Shown here: one piece after another, positions 40,324 through 55,511 of the stretch | Position numbering within the stretch: the first letter of the stretch is position 1 | Layout: each line of letters begins with the position of its first letter | DNA from: Octopus vulgaris | Lineage: Eukaryota | Length of the DNA: 64,000 nucleotides | Direction of reading: 5' to 3' | NCBI GenBank assembly: GCA_951406725.2 | Contig: OX597816.1 | Coordinates: 76,756,001 to 76,820,000 of the forward strand | Translations under genes and position numbers: made by a program | The notes under the pieces: model-generated | Database searches by the model: none | Seen by the model: only the letters and a program-made list of their open reading frames with translations | What the model was told of the DNA's origin: nothing

Positions 40324-41895
40324 AAAACAGTACACACGCATCAAAAGCCTGTAAGTTAATATAAGTATGTGACATATTTTATGAAATATTTCTGATATTT
40401 AAAATACAAGGACAATGTTGCTGCTATTTTCGTTTGGTCTCAGCCCAGCTTAGATTGAACAAGTTGTTGATCAAAGATGAAAGGTCATCTTTCCTTTACA
40501 AGACAAAAAGATTTTGATTCTAATGAAATTTAGCTTTTATTTCTAATGGAGCTAGTAACTTTGTGGTAGTTCTTTCACTTGTTCACGTATATGTGTAACG
40601 GACAATGAAATAAATCTGATCGCATATTTTTGCTAAGAAGTGCAACTTTTTAATGAACCGCAAATTATAATGGGTGAAATGCATACAAGTGTTTAGCATG
40701 ATATCAGATTAAGATAAAAATTATTTCATAAGTTTAATTAAAAATGTAAAGATGCTTAGATACATCAGGGATACTAATATATTAATTTTCCATAAATTTC
40801 CTTATTAAATACTCTAGTAAACAAAACAACATTGACTACATAAAAATATTTTAAATTTTAAAGTTAAAAATGTCACTTTCGTATAAGTGATTAAAGAAAA
40901 AATAGATTCTCGAGCCTTATGGCTATCAAAGGGTTCACTACTCGAATCTCGACACATGAACAAAAATATTTTAATCCCAGACGACTCAAACAGAAAAGTT
41001 GACTCCCATTCCAACACCTTAGGCGGATGAAACTCATTACTGCAAACTAGTGTGTGAGATCGGTGAACTTGCTTCGAGAGATTTTAGTTTTTCAGTCAAA
41101 ATCTTCCAATAATTACCGTAATGAAAGTAACGTTCTTCATTGTGCTAACTTTTTCCAGATATACTCCATGTAGAGAAAAATATTTATTTTGTACCCCAGT
41201 AAGTATCAAGAACTGCTTTATCCTCCCCTCTTTTACAGTTTTTCAGCTCCTCAGTTTTGCTCTATGATGTCTGTCTCAATATGTTTGCTGAAGAAATACA
41301 AATCCCAAGCTCTTTTCCACAATATTTCATTTCTTAATGATTACTTTTTTTCAAAAGTTAAATCAATACATGAAATGTATTAACCTAAAACTAATAACAC
41401 TCTGCCTCTAATGAACAATTTCCTAGAAATGCAGTCCGTCACTAATCTTTTGTAACATTATACTTAATTTACAAAAAATAATTCTTTATCAATGTTTAAG
41501 AAAAAAGAAATAACGCTGGGGTAAATTGTGGGCCAGAATGGAAAGAGGTTTTGATTCTTGGTTCTATGGATTCTAACATCGCTACAAAACATTCTTTTCA
41601 CTTAGAAGAAGTTTTTTTCTCTCAAGTTACTCTAAAATCCATCTAAGAATGACGAACCTAATATATTAATGGTAGTTTCAGTGAAAAGTATTATATGACA
41701 GTCGGCTGCCGCCTAGCGAGTTTTCTCGTTGAGTTCCATTTACACCATTATATTTGCATCTCTAATACTTTTGAGAAAAGGATTATCTCTCTCCCGAATT
41801 TAATAATCTCAAAACCTACTCGACTCTATCAATTCTGTAAATTGAAATAATTTATATCAATGTATTAAATCAATTTTTTTTAATGTTATAATATA

Positions 41896-43350
41896 CCGTG
41901 AAACGGGTTACTTTGAACAGTTTTAGACTTCTTATTGCAATAATTTCATAACATTTTCTTCAATCTTAACTAAATTTGACTATATTAGGGGACTAAATAG
42001 ATAAACAGATATATAAAAATAGGTTGCGGTGAATATTTGATTACTTTTTTTTTATATAATTGTTGCTGTTCAAAGTAACACCTGATCTGGAGTTACTTTG
42101 AATAGTAATGTTTTTTTTTTTTACTTATGAGCAAGCACTCTCAAATCCATAGCATTAAATAGAAACCCCCATTCTGCAACAGCTGTAATGTGAGCAACAA
42201 ACTCTACTTCTTCTTTTTCACTGAACACTGAAGGGTGACCAGGTTGCCTGCTATGCTTATTGTTCAATCTATGACTCAGAGTTCTGACTGGAATGTTATA
42301 AACAACACCGGCTTTTCGAAGAGTAATTTTCTTTTCTTTAACATCTGTCACTGCTTTATCCAGACTCTTTTGGGTATAAGATTTATAACTTCGAGAGCTA
42401 GGTTTTCTATTATAAATTCTTGGCATAACTATTTGGTTAATGCTAATCTCGATCCAAACTACAGGATGATCCTAAAAAAAACAGAATATGGTTTAAAGAA
42501 TTAGACTTTGCAACAGAACGAAAAACTGATTGTGGTTATCAAGGCGAGCTGGCAGAACCGTTAGCACGCCGGGCGAAATGCGTAGCTGTATTTCGTCTGC
42601 CGTTACGTTCTGAGTTCAAATTCCGCCGAGGTCGACTTTGCCTTTCATCCTTTCGGGGTCGATAAATTAAGTACCAGTTACGCACTGGGGTCGATGTAAT
42701 CGACTTAATCCGTTTGTCTGTCCTTGTTTGTCTCCTCTGTGTGTAGCCCCTTGTGGGTAATATAGAAACGGATTGTGGTTATCAAGCCATAATTAAAAAA
42801 ATTATAAATTTGTGGTTACACCTCATTTATTCTAAGGGTGAAATATTGTCCATAAATAGGAAACACATATACAAATCTTAAACACCTAACTTATATTGGG
42901 CACTATTAGTTTGAACCCTAGTAGCAACTTGCTTACTGCCGCAAACAGTAAGATAATCAAAGGGGGAAGGCATGTCATGTTATACAAGTTTTACAAAGAT
43001 ACCAAAGTTATAAAAGCACTTCAAAAGATAATTATTAACTAGTTATATTAACATCATACTTTAACAAAAGCTTGTATCTTTTATGCAAGAACTGTTTTAG
43101 CTACTGACAAAAGTATTCATATCTAGCAAAACTGTTTGTTCTGATGGAATTTGATGATGACAAAATCTTTCTTTGAGTGGATAATCAAAGTTATATTTAC
43201 AAATTTTACTTTATGTATTGAAATTATACTCTCATAGAAATATAATTCTAAATTTTAACAACACATTTAAACAATTGTATAAGAAATTTTAGTAACAAGC
43301 AATAAGAGGAAACAAAATATTATATTTTGTTCAAAGTTGCCCCTGTATTT
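41896..43350 (-). mobile_element. internally deleted pogo/Fot1-like DNA transposon; ORF 42121-42426 encodes the N-terminal psq-type HTH and start of the CENP-B HTH
   Basis: MPRIY..YTQKSLDKAVTDVK..TLRKAGVVYNIPVRTLSHRL..PGHPSVFSEKEE..WGF; left end TA-ccgtgaaacgggttactttgaaca, degenerate inverted match tgttcaaagttgcccc at ~43328, internal repeats of the same motif at 42067-42104. Confidence 0.75.
42544..42770 (+). mobile_element. intact SINE family A with 16-bp target site duplication
   Basis: A box tggcagaaccg, B box gttcaaattcc; TSD gattgtggttatcaag at 42528-42543 and 42771-42786. Confidence 0.93.
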
Positions 43351-44332
43351 CGTTTTACTAACAAATGCAATGGTTAGCAAATTGACGATTTATTTCTTCG
43401 TTGGAAGTATTCATTATGAATTCTTTGTCAAGTACATTAATATGCTTGACTAATTATCATGCTTAATTAGCACAAACCTTACTTCTGCAGGCATTGATTT
43501 CTTATTACTGTTGAAAAGGAATTTGAATCTGCTTTATTTTAAAAGATTTGCAGTATAGAGGTCGACTATTTATTGTTTAGAAGTAATCAGCAATTTTCCA
43601 ACCCAGACGTTCCGAATTCCTAGGTTTTCATAATCGAGTTTTAGCCTCATTCCTATAGAAAAAAATATTAATATTTGCCACAGGTTGTCTAACAGTCTAG
43701 CATGTTCCTATCCCATTTAATTAATTTTCTGTATAAATAGCATCTATTGTAAAAAAAAAAAATTTTAAACAGAATGGTTCAGCAGTTTAAATATCTGATT
43801 GATCGGTGGTTCAGATTTATAAAAGGGCAAATGATTTAGCTGTCAGGACATAAATAGTAAAATTCATTCATAACCATTTGGATATATTTTTAACGCTTTT
43901 ACAATGTATTTAGTCCAGCTCCATTCATTCAATTCAATATCTTCCCATTCAAATATATTTGTTCCACAGAAGTTATGAATTGCCGTTTAAAAGTTCTAGA
44001 AGTCATTCCCATTTACCATACTCTGAGTTCAAATCCCGTGTAGGTCACTATACCTGTCACCTTTTCGATGTTGATAAAGATCATATGATCGAAGTTACTT
44101 GGATTTGCTCACTTGATGACGATCCACTTAGAATTCGAGAGGTCACACGAGCAACATTTTAATCACATACAGAGCTATAGAGCGGTGAAAGACGTTACTA
44201 GACGATTGTATATAAATATGATAGAGCTCTTGCTAAAATCATCAAAAATGTACCACAATTCGCACACACCGCTTTCTCTCTCCCTCTCTGTTTCTCTCTC
44301 TCTTTTCCTCCTTCTATTTCTTTCTCTCTAAT

Positions 44333-44605
44333 AACCACCAGCAATGACAGGATTTTTGGCCAGAGGCTTTTTCAGTAGATATTTCGAACGGCTCTTAACA
44401 TGCGCGCCATCAGACCTTGCCTCCATTTACTCCGTGTGAGTCCAAGTACTGGACCCGTACAGTAGCACTGATTCTACATTCTGACATCATCTGATAAGGG
44501 TTTCTTCCAAATGACACTAAGCACATCAAGAACAATTGTTGCTTTCGTGTGACGAATTTTTACATCCTTTTCTGTAGATTCAATGTTACTTCCTAAGTAT
44601 ACAAG
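44333..44605 (-). mobile_element. RTE-group LINE RT C-terminal remnant
   Basis: Minus strand VYLGSNIESTEKDVKIR..KA and VESVLLYGSSTWT motifs. Confidence 0.72.
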
Positions 44606-45361
44606 GGTCTACATATTTTAGAAATTTTATTAAACCCTCCTAATCCTAGCAGATATATGTCATCTTTGTGGTTTAACCTTAAAGGCCAATGCCACCAGCC
44701 AATTTTTCAAGGGTCTCTTTTGAGATGGTGTTTAAGATGATATTAGTGTATAAGTGATATAAAGTAAATAGGATTATACAAGCGAATCGCCTTTGAATTT
44801 ATCGGTGGTTCCTTTCGTTGCAATCCACAACTAGTGACCAATATCCGGCCCTCTTTCCCTGTTTTGTTTTTTTGTCTGTGCCCCTCTCTTTCACTCGCTC
44901 CCTCGCTCTTTTTTCTCTCTTTCTTCCTCTCTATCTATCTATATTTTCCTTCTGTCTTCCTTTGAATTTAGATTGTAACCGTAAATCACATTGTGAAAAC
45001 TGCGTTGTGTAACTATCTGTGGAATACTCGGCCGATCTGGCATAAATTTCACAAGTACGAATTCAGTTTATCGAACAGTTGAATGTCCATCATCAAGATT
45101 GACGGGTAACCTACAACCACTTTCAACAATTAGATATTGCTTTCATGCAACATAAATCTTAAAGAGGCTACGTATCGGTTGCGCTTTATTTCAATTAAGT
45201 GTATTCATTCTAAGCAGAAAATTGTAACAAAAACCCTTGTTATTATCTTATATTGTGCTTTTTTATTCACAATTCTAGTTCATTTATATAACTAACAGAT
45301 TTCGTGCGTATCACAGCATAAAACTTGTTTATGTTCCTTAATTTGTATTTTTTCTGTCTAG

Positions 45362-45603
45362 GTACATTCGTTCCTGATCACTAATCTCGCTCTAGGTGAT
45401 ATGTTTATGGGTGTATACCTCATGATTATTGCTGTAGCGGACACATACTACAGAGGCTCCTATATACTTTACGACAAGCTATGGCGGAGCAGTATATTAT
45501 GTCATTTTGCTGGATTCATAGCAACATTTTCCAGTGAGCTTTCTGTATTTACACTTACAGTTATTACATTGGATCGTCTCATATGCATCCTTTTCCCGTT
45601 CAG
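45362..45603 (+). CDS. GRL101: GRL101/RXFP-like GPCR exon (TM2-TM3)
   Basis: Acceptor ttttctgtctag, donor ag|gtgagt; VHSFLITNLALGDMFMGVYL..WRSSILCHFAGFIATFSSELSVFTLTVITLDRLICILFPF; phases 0/2 match the neighbouring exons. Confidence 0.95.
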
Positions 45604-48285
45604 GTGAGTTAAACCTCTATATTTGTTGCGCACCACTATCACCATTCACCTATCTCGTATCTAATAATCTTCTACCAGAATATTGGCTGCCTTATTTTTT
45701 TATCTGGTTTCTACCATGATTGTATGATTGATTGGATGTTCACTCTAGTATCTCAAAGAATTACGAATGCCATGAAGTTGTACTTATTTTAATCATTTAT
45801 TTCTACATTTTCGAAAATTTATTTTCGTCTTAAATTTGCGAAATTTTGCTTGTTTAATTATTTTGATATGTATCAGGAAAAAATGGAAAGAGATGGCACT
45901 GAGTTGGAAGACTTTAAAACCTAAATTTAAGAGCTGAAAGCTGTATAGAACACAAGAGATAGGCAGAAGCTGTTACTGAACACATGGATACTCCACCGGA
46001 AATGTGAAAGCAGAATGCCATACCGAAATGGCTTCGTCAGAATGAGGAGGAAGAGTAGAAAATAAACGTAGTGGGGTTAGGATAACAATTCACATATAAA
46101 CCATGGGAGACGGTTAAGAAAAGTAAGGATAAAATCCTGGATCTGAGAATATGCAGTGAGTCAAGGAAGTGCTATTTTGAGGAAAAAAACTCGGCTCCAG
46201 TCAGTCAGCCAGCGGTTTGCAGAAGACTTCGTCGAGAGTACAGCTACTTTCAGTGGAACTTAGGAAGGACACTACCCTTGATGGTATCACTTCAACATGA
46301 CAGCTGTATTATTTCACCGACTTAACGCCTTAAACTTCGGGATTACATTAAGCTTGCACGGCGAATCCCATCATTCTCTATGGACGGAAACTGCCTGTTT
46401 AAACTTCTAACTACCTTTATCGCGGTAAAAATAAGTCAAATTACCTTCCTTGACCCCTACATACATCAACTCTCTACTCTAATTGCAGCCCGATGAATTA
46501 TGATGCTTGTACTAATTTAGCCTTTTGGCTCACAGAAGCAACTTTTTGATTGACATTCCACATTGTGTATATATTTGGTAACGCGCAAATATTGGTAACA
46601 CCTTACTCAAGTTACATTCTTACATAGTTAAATCCGAACACATAAAACACTCTGTTATAAATACTAGTGAGAATCTGCTGCAGCGATATATTAAATGGAG
46701 TGGTCAAGAAAGAACTTATCGTGTGGCAACCAAGGAATCCTCCTTTTGTTCAAAGGAATCAGTCAGGAAACATATTGTAGAGATTGCAACCAGCTTGGTG
46801 AAAATTCTGTACCCTGTCAATCTGAGATTGTGGGAATACTGCCACCAACTGTTATCAGGATTTGGACTATCAGTATAATCTGGTCATATCCAAGTCATTT
46901 CATTTTCTGTTTTAAATATTTCTAGCTACCTAAGGCAGTGAGCTAGCAGCATCACTGGAAATATATGCTGTGGATGTCAAACTTTAATCCGGGGGACACT
47001 TAAATATCCATATAACAATGTAAGTTTGTTCGAGCGGTTCTATCCACTCACCAAGCGCGTTGAATTTTATTTGGCGGCATTTTTCTTTGCATACTATCAG
47101 ATAGTAAACAACTTTTGGCAACTTACTTAATGTGTGTTTTGGAGTATTCATAGACAAGTACAAAGGCTTTTTCCTTCCTAATGCCCACCAGGGCACTCAC
47201 AACATAAAATACTGGAATACATACCGTGACATTCTGTGTGTAATATTTTGATAATTACATAAGTTTACCGCCCTTGAATAGACCTGGAATAATAAAAATA
47301 AAATAATACTCAGTGCTATTTGAACTGGAAACAAGAAGTGCCACCACAAAGCGTTGAGCTCCAAGGATTCTGAAATCTGTCTGACATTTTTGATTGCTTT
47401 CCTGAACTAAAAGTATTTTAAACTTTAAAACCTGTAATATATATTTCATGGCCTTCCAAACTTGGGGAGACGAAATGTACTTTTTGTCTGACAGTTAATG
47501 TTTGTGTTATTGTGTCGAACAGATCATCTGGAATCGTAATCAGCAATAGAATGGTATCATAGACAGGTCGAGAATTTTCTTTTATACACTTCAACAAAGT
47601 AAAACCAAAACAGCTGATACTTAAAACACTTCACAGCTAGCTAAAAATTCAATTTCGCTTTACCTATGAAGTAATATGTCATCAAAATCATTTAACACAA
47701 TGGAACTAGCTTTTCTCATCAACTCACAAAACCATTTCTGATTTCAGCAGTTAATAAACTTTAAAGATAAAACATATAACTATGTACGTGAGCTACACGG
47801 TGTCGTATTTACAAGTTCCCTTACGTGTGAAATTAATTTTATTTCAGAAATAAAATCGAAAGTTAGAATCTATATTTTTAATAAAGATGAAACTAATCTT
47901 TCTAAATTCATGGGCCCATACCATTTTGCTTATTGTGTGTTTCTATTAGAGAAGAGTTTAAAATATTTACTGGAATTCGATACTAGACTCCTTAATATCG
48001 CCATCTAATAAATCACAGGTAGATCCCGCGGCTAATGTAAATGCTTATTTATTTAAATCTCATATCATCTTGGTTTTAAATAATTACATCAAATCTTTGT
48101 AGCATGATTCAACAGGAGACCAACTTATTACGTATTTTTCTGTACTTTATTCACTCAACAAGATCTACACATCTGTTGAGTAACAAGGTACAGAATACTT
48201 TAATTATTGATATTAAACAAAGAATTTATATTTCCTTCTCAATATTCTCAGAGTATTTCCTCAATTATTTTTGCTTTTTGTTTAG

Positions 48286-48700
48286 GTCTCACCGAATGGG
48301 TTTGAAAGAAGCCCAACTTGCAATGCTTGCACTGTGGATCTTCGTCTTTTTTCTGTCTGCCGTGCCATTATTTGGCATAGAATATTTCAAGGATTTCTAC
48401 AGTAGATCAGGTGTTTGTCTGGCACTTCACATCACTCCTGATCGCCCACGTGGGTGGGAGTATTCCGTCATGATCTTCCTGGCTGTCAACCTGCTATCTT
48501 TCTTGATCATTTTCATATCATATCTTTGGATGTTTATTGTGGCCAAAAAGACTAGAAGTGCAGTGAGAACAGCAGAGACCAAGACGGACAGTGCTATGGC
48601 AAAGCGTATCACTTTGATTGTACTCACTGATTTCTTCTGCTGGATACCAATCATTATATTGGGTATAGCTTCATTATGTGGACAGAGAATACCACCTGAA
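48286..48700 (+). CDS. GRL101: GRL101/RXFP-like GPCR exon (TM4-TM6)
   Basis: Acceptor tttttgtttag, donor gaa|gtaagt; FYSRSGVCLALHIT..GWEYS..MAKRITLIVLTDFFCWIPIIILG; phases 2/0. Confidence 0.95.
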
Positions 48701-49418
48701 GTAAGTATTTAATTTTAGTTCTAGTTGTATGTCTTTAATTTCCTTTATTGCCATGAAGGTATGCTGGTATCTATTTCAGCTCTCTGGATATATGCTTTTC
48801 AATTTATTCAAAAATACTACAAGCTAAAATGAGACCTTCATTTCGGGATTACTTTCTCTTGGCTCGCATGTTTTAATTATCTTTCTAGTTTCAAGAGAAT
48901 ACAATAGCTGGAGGTTCATTTTACAAATGCTTATAAGATTTCCTTTTCTGGTTGTTCACAATATGCTTAAATAGAGTGATGGTAGAAAGATGCATAGACC
49001 GAGGGATAGAATGCATATATGTGTGTGTTTAGGTTTGCAAAAAACTTTTTTCCAATTAAAAAATAAATTATATAGAAAATCTTCCACAAAACAGGTTTCC
49101 GCAGACCTTATGGAAAGGTAATTTTACTCTTGCGTCTTTTGCTGTTTTCAGCTATCTACAGAGACGAGTGATTGAAAAGCTTCATAACTTCTTTCCATAC
49201 GGCCCGGGTTAATATATTTTCTTAAAGATTTTTTTAATATCAATATTTCAAATCTAATAAAATCTTTTTTACAAATATTGTGGCTCTATCAGTAAAGCTT
49301 TCTAAAACACTTTCATGTGAATGTGTGTGTATACGTGTGTGTATGTGTATCTCCTTTTATACATTTCAGCGCTAAAGCTGTGGCGATGCTGGGGCATGTA
49401 TGCATGCATGTATGTATG

Positions 49419-50040
<622 letters not shown>

Positions 50041-50252
50041 ATATACAGCCGGGGGTGTTTGTCTCCCCTTCGTATATGTATATAAGGACAGGGGAAAAAA
50101 TATGTCAAAGCAATCAGGAGGCGTTCGATGCTTCCTGGGGCTATACAGCGGTGGTGTACCCCCTACTGTCACGTTCTTGTTAGATTGATAGTATACAACC
50201 ATTCTATCGCCCCACCACCGTACATGTCTCTACGAGAGATTTAGAAATTCAA

Positions 50253-50304
<52 letters not shown>

Positions 50305-51675
50305 CAGACCTATTATTGACTTTTCCTAATTTTATTCAGGTCTCATGTATTTGTTAATACATTACCTCATTTCATACCCATTTTTATGATATTAAAGTAT
50401 GCGTTCAACGAAATCCGGCTACTAAACTTAGCATCTCAAGTGACCATTATTTTGTGCATTTAGATATACATTATCTAGTTTTCCCTATTCAAAATATATT
50501 AAATTGTAATAATTGTGATTTCAGTGAGATCTGGCTGGTATATCAAGCATGTTGAGTGACCAAATAGAGGCTGCCTATAAACTCGTTAAATTTTATTTTC
50601 TAATGACGTAAACAGTAATGACTTACTCGACAGATAACTAAGGTCCCAACACTTCCTCTCTAATTATTTCTAGAATTAATTGCTAATTTTAATGAAAGCG
50701 ATGTTTTTTTTTTTTAAGTTGGTGGTTTTGAGAGTAGCAGAAGAGGTTGGGAGCAGCGATAGTAATTGTGATTAGGTTGAGAGTTGGAATCGGGGTGTTA
50801 GAATAGTTATGACAATGCCAGTGTGGGACGGATGGAACAGGTGCCGTTGGTGGAAGATAATTATAACAGCACTTCAATATGATGAATGTAATTATAATAA
50901 TATAATCAATAAGTAAGAAAAAAGGATGGATAAAGAAAAAAGTGATAAGACGGCGATATAAACGGTGATGAGGAGAAGGAGGAGAATGGGGGTAGTGATG
51001 GTGTTGGTGGTGATGTTCCTAGTGCTGATAATGGTGGTAATGATCACGATCATGATGACGATAATGGTGATGGCGGGGATGGTGGTGGTTGTGTTCGTGG
51101 TGATGGTTGTGGTGGTGGTGGTGGTGGTCGTCGTCGTCGTCGTCATCGGCATGATGAAAATGTTAGCGGTGGTGATGAGTGTGATGATGACGACGATGAT
51201 GTTGATGATGTTGATGATGGTGGTGGTGGTGTAGATGGGATATTGGTGATGCTAGTGATGATGGTGATGATGATGATGTTGGCGGCTGTGCTAGCACTAC
51301 AGCAAAAGAAAAATAAACTGATAAAAATGCCAGTTCAAAATAAGCCACGAATGTCTCAAAAATTGTCTTTTAATCAGATGGCACCCTTCAATGAGCTCTA
51401 AAAGCAAATAAGCATATAAAGACATAGAGAGAGGGGGAGAGAGAAAGAGTGAGAGAGAGAGAGAGAGAAAACTAGACAACGGGAGTGGGGGAGGGACAGA
51501 GCGAGCCAGACAACCAAAAGATAAAGTAACAACGTAGAACATTATAACTTCCATATTAGTTTAACAATTTTTCTTAATTTTTTAATTATTAATTTTTAAA
51601 TTACAATTCAATTTGATTATAAATTATGGTTATTTTTTAATTAAAAGCATATTATCTGTATATGATTTTTTTCAG

Positions 51676-51844
51676 GTGTACGCCTGGGTAGCTGTGTTTA
51701 TTCTTCCCGTAAACAGTGCAATCAACCCAGTTCTTTATACATTATCAACGGCACCATTTCTTGGAAACGTGCGCAAAAGAGCAACAAAATTTCGTAAATC
51801 CTTCATGACGTCTTTGACATTTGATACAAAACATTCATATGTCG
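51676..51844 (+). CDS. GRL101: GRL101/RXFP-like GPCR exon (TM7 + start of C-tail)
   Basis: Acceptor tttttttcag, donor g|gtaagt; [25 protein letters not shown] contains NPxxY; ends in phase 1, next exon not identified. Confidence 0.94.
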
Positions 51845-51902
51845 GTAAGTATATATATATATTATATGCGTACATACATACACACATACATACATGCATT
51901 CA

Positions 51903-51954
<52 letters not shown>

Positions 51955-52000
51955 CATACATACATATATATGTATATATACATGTATATATGTATGTGTA

Positions 52001-52034
<34 letters not shown>

Positions 52035-52458
52035 CATACATATATACATGTATATATACATATATATGTATATGTATATATATATATATGCATGAATGCA
52101 TGTATGTATGTACGTATATAATATATATACATACATAGATATATGCGTATCTATATATATATATATATGTGTGTATGTATGAATGTGTGTGTGTATGTAT
52201 GTAAGTATGTATGTGTATATATTATATTTTACTTGTTTCAGTCACTGGATAGCTGGGATTATCCTGGGGCACCACGTTGAAATCCAACGAATTAACTTCA
52301 GTACTGTTTTTTGCTGTTGTACGTCTGGTACATATTTTATGGTTATTATTTGCCGAACCACAGAATTGCAAGAACGTGAAATATCTTCATATCATGTGGT
52401 GCGGGATAAGCAGGCACAGACATATGTACAGACGCACGCACACACACATTTATATATA

Positions 52459-52505
<47 letters not shown>

Positions 52506-52693
52506 TGTTACATGGTTGGTACTAAGAAGAGCACCCAGCTGTTGAAAACATACCAAAGCAGACATAGAGCCTGGCGGAACCCTCTGGCTCGTCCTTTCTT
52601 TTAAAATCTTCGAGTCCATACCAGCATGGAAAAGAGGACGTTGAATGATGACGATGATGGTGACAACGTCGACGACGATGATCATGGTGATGA

Positions 52694-53915
52694 TATATGG
52701 AGTCGACAAAAAGTTCTTTCAGTTTTCAAGCTAAATTAAGACGCGAGATTTAAACACGAAGAGATTCATTCGATCAACGATAATCAATGATATAATTAGT
52801 ACTTTTTTTTCAAGCATCTTCTGACATCTTTTGAGCAGATTCATTATCCCATGGTCAAGGAATTTTCTGTCTTTGCTGGCGAAAGCTCTTCCTGATAAAT
52901 TTTTACATCCCTTTCGGTGATGAAAGTCTTTCCTTTCAATGAATTTTGAAGAAACCGAAACTGCCGGGCATCCGAAAGTGAAAGGTAGGGTGAATATACA
53001 GGGTGCAGCAAAACTCCCAGCCAAGCCCTGGTAACGTCTGCCACGTCTTCAAAGAAGTGTGCACTCTGCCAATGTTGTGATGAGAGACAACGCCCTTTCC
53101 ATTGGCAAATGTTGGAAACTTCTGGTGATCGATGGTCCTGTCTGTGAGAAGAAGCTCATAAAAGACAACACCCTTACAACCCCATCAGATTGAAAGCATA
53201 TCAGGTGAATTCCTGCTTTGGAGTTTGACTTTGGTGGTTTGTCGGGTTTCCCCCATTTTGGTTTGCGCAAACACACTGTTAATGACGATCCATTTTCCGC
53301 CCCCTTTCACCATTCTCATAAAAAATATAACCTTTCTTCTTTCATGTATTTGTAACGAATTACAGATTGAAATCCGTTAGGTAAGGTTAGCCTCATTCAC
53401 TTGATCTGGGGCTCAAGAGTTTAACCTGCTGACGTAACAGTGTTGATGCAGATGGTTTTCAATTTTCGAGTTGGGTATTTGGGGAACTTCTGCGACCCAC
53501 CTCGTTGTATACCGGGGTTAGTGTCACTGTTAAATCTCAGTTAGTCGGTTAGAGTGATGTGCAACTTGAACCGAAATATTTCCCGATCGAAATTTTGAAA
53601 ACCGTTTTTGGCACATCCGTTCCGTAACTCATCCTCTCCATATACAACGCATGTATTCCAATAGGTTTTTGCTACTTCCACATTTTTAAAAAATAAAAAA
53701 CGCATGAGGTGTCAATAATTTTCGTTTTGGTTCTCCATCTTTAAGAGCACAAAACACAATATGTCCTGTCGCAAGTTTGCGTCGAACTACGTTGAAGCAT
53801 AAAGTATCTAACATGTGCACATGCGAAAGAGATAAACTGAAGTTAGTTACTTATTAGTGTGCTTGAAGTTTAGTGTCCACAAACACCGAACGGACTGTTA
53901 AATCTACTATATATA
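52694..53915 (-). mobile_element. near full-length degenerate mariner element
   Basis: ATG at 53738 (MENQNENY.HLM..VYGED..RMCQKRFSKFRSG); LLHPVYSPYLSLSD (YSPDLAPxD motif); FASKDRKFLDHGIMNLLKRCQK; decayed TIR-like ends aaaagttctttcagtttt / aaacaccgaacggac. Confidence 0.85.
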
Positions 53916-54415
53916 AAATTATCCCAATTAACAATAAATAGCCAAGTTGATGGGTCTGGGGCTATAGTAGAACTGCATGGTTTCAAAGCAACCTTTTTAA
54001 TCATAGTGCCATGCCTACACCTGTATATGTATGTGTCAGTGTTTCTTTACAATGCTTCTTTTTATGACAAGTTTTATCGGAGAGTATATGTATTATAATT
54101 TTTTTTCTTTGAATGGAAAGGTTGGTCGTGACTTTTCAGATTCTGCTTCATCACTTTTTTCAGACTGTTTTTTTTTTCTATTCGGGTTCTGTTTGGCTTT
54201 ATATAGACTTTGACCAGCTTATTTTCTTTTTTCTTGAGGGAACGGTGTAGGTGACATGAGAAGTAGTTGTGGAGAAAATGGAATAGAGAGAGATAGCAGG
54301 AAAGTATGTTTGTTTGGTGTGGACTAACGGAAAGATATTGTGAGGAGATTCACTTGGAAATATATACCAATGAGTGATAAGTTAAAAGACAGCTGTACCC
54401 GGCCAGATATATATA

Positions 54416-54446
<31 letters not shown>

Positions 54447-54645
54447 ATATTAGGGAATAAATCCAAATTTACAGGGAAAAATCAGATTTAGGATTGAATC
54501 CAATTTTATAGTAAAATATTATAATATTAACTAATATTAATTAGAGACAAAACCACTATTTTGCAAATCAAACAAGGAAAGACTTAATCAATACATAAAA
54601 AAAATTTAATATAAAGTAAATAAATAAATAAATAAAGTAAATAAA

Positions 54646-55056
54646 TATTTCTTTGCTGTTAAAATTCCTATCCCAAAGGATTTCCTCCTATCCCTCAGGG
54701 TCAATAAAATAAATACCAGGTAAGCAGTGTTTTGATTTACTTTCATAGGATACCTCTAAAATTTGCAGTAATGTTTCATCGATGAGGGCAATAGGTAATT
54801 ATTTCTATTACTTTAAGCTCGAAACACGATCCTATATGCGGTTAACCAAAAGTTTTAATTCATTTTCTTTCTTTTGCTAGCCTATAATGTGTGTTTTTCT
54901 CGGAGAATTTATGGTGGTGAGAGTGTCTTTTGACGTCTGTTTTTCAGTGCGTGGTGAGGCACAAACCAAGCCCTGGTGATAATTATATTAAATTTTGTTT
55001 ATGTATTGATTAAGTCTTTCCTTGTTTGATTTGCAAAATATTGGTTTTGTCTCTAA

Positions 55057-55148
<92 letters not shown>

Positions 55149-55511
55149 CATATAATTTATGCTTATGTGCATAATTATGACCAGGGCTTGGTTTGTGCCT
55201 CACCACGCACTGAAAAACAGACGTCAAAAGACACTCTCACCACCATAAATTCTCCGAGAAAAACACACATTATAGGTTAGCAAAAGAAAGAAAATGAATT
55301 AAAACTTTTGGTTAACCGCATATAGGATCGTGTTTCGAGCTTAAAGTAATAGAAATAATTACCTATTGCCCTCATCGATGAAACATTACTGCAAATTTTA
55401 GAGGTATCCTATGAAAGTAAATCAAAACACTGCTTACCTGGTATTTATTTTATTGACCCTGAGGGATAGGAGGGAATCCTTTGGGATAGGAATTTTAACA
55501 GCAAAGAAATA
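54646..55511. repeat. 341-bp near-perfect inverted repeat (arms 54646-54986 and 55171-55511)
   Basis: Read base by base; I found about 3 mismatches between arms; the 184-bp spacer contains (TA)n. Confidence 0.93.

Noticed and set aside
50892-51348. Thr/Val/Met-rich ORFs
   Set aside because: (GGT)/(GAT) low-complexity intronic sequence
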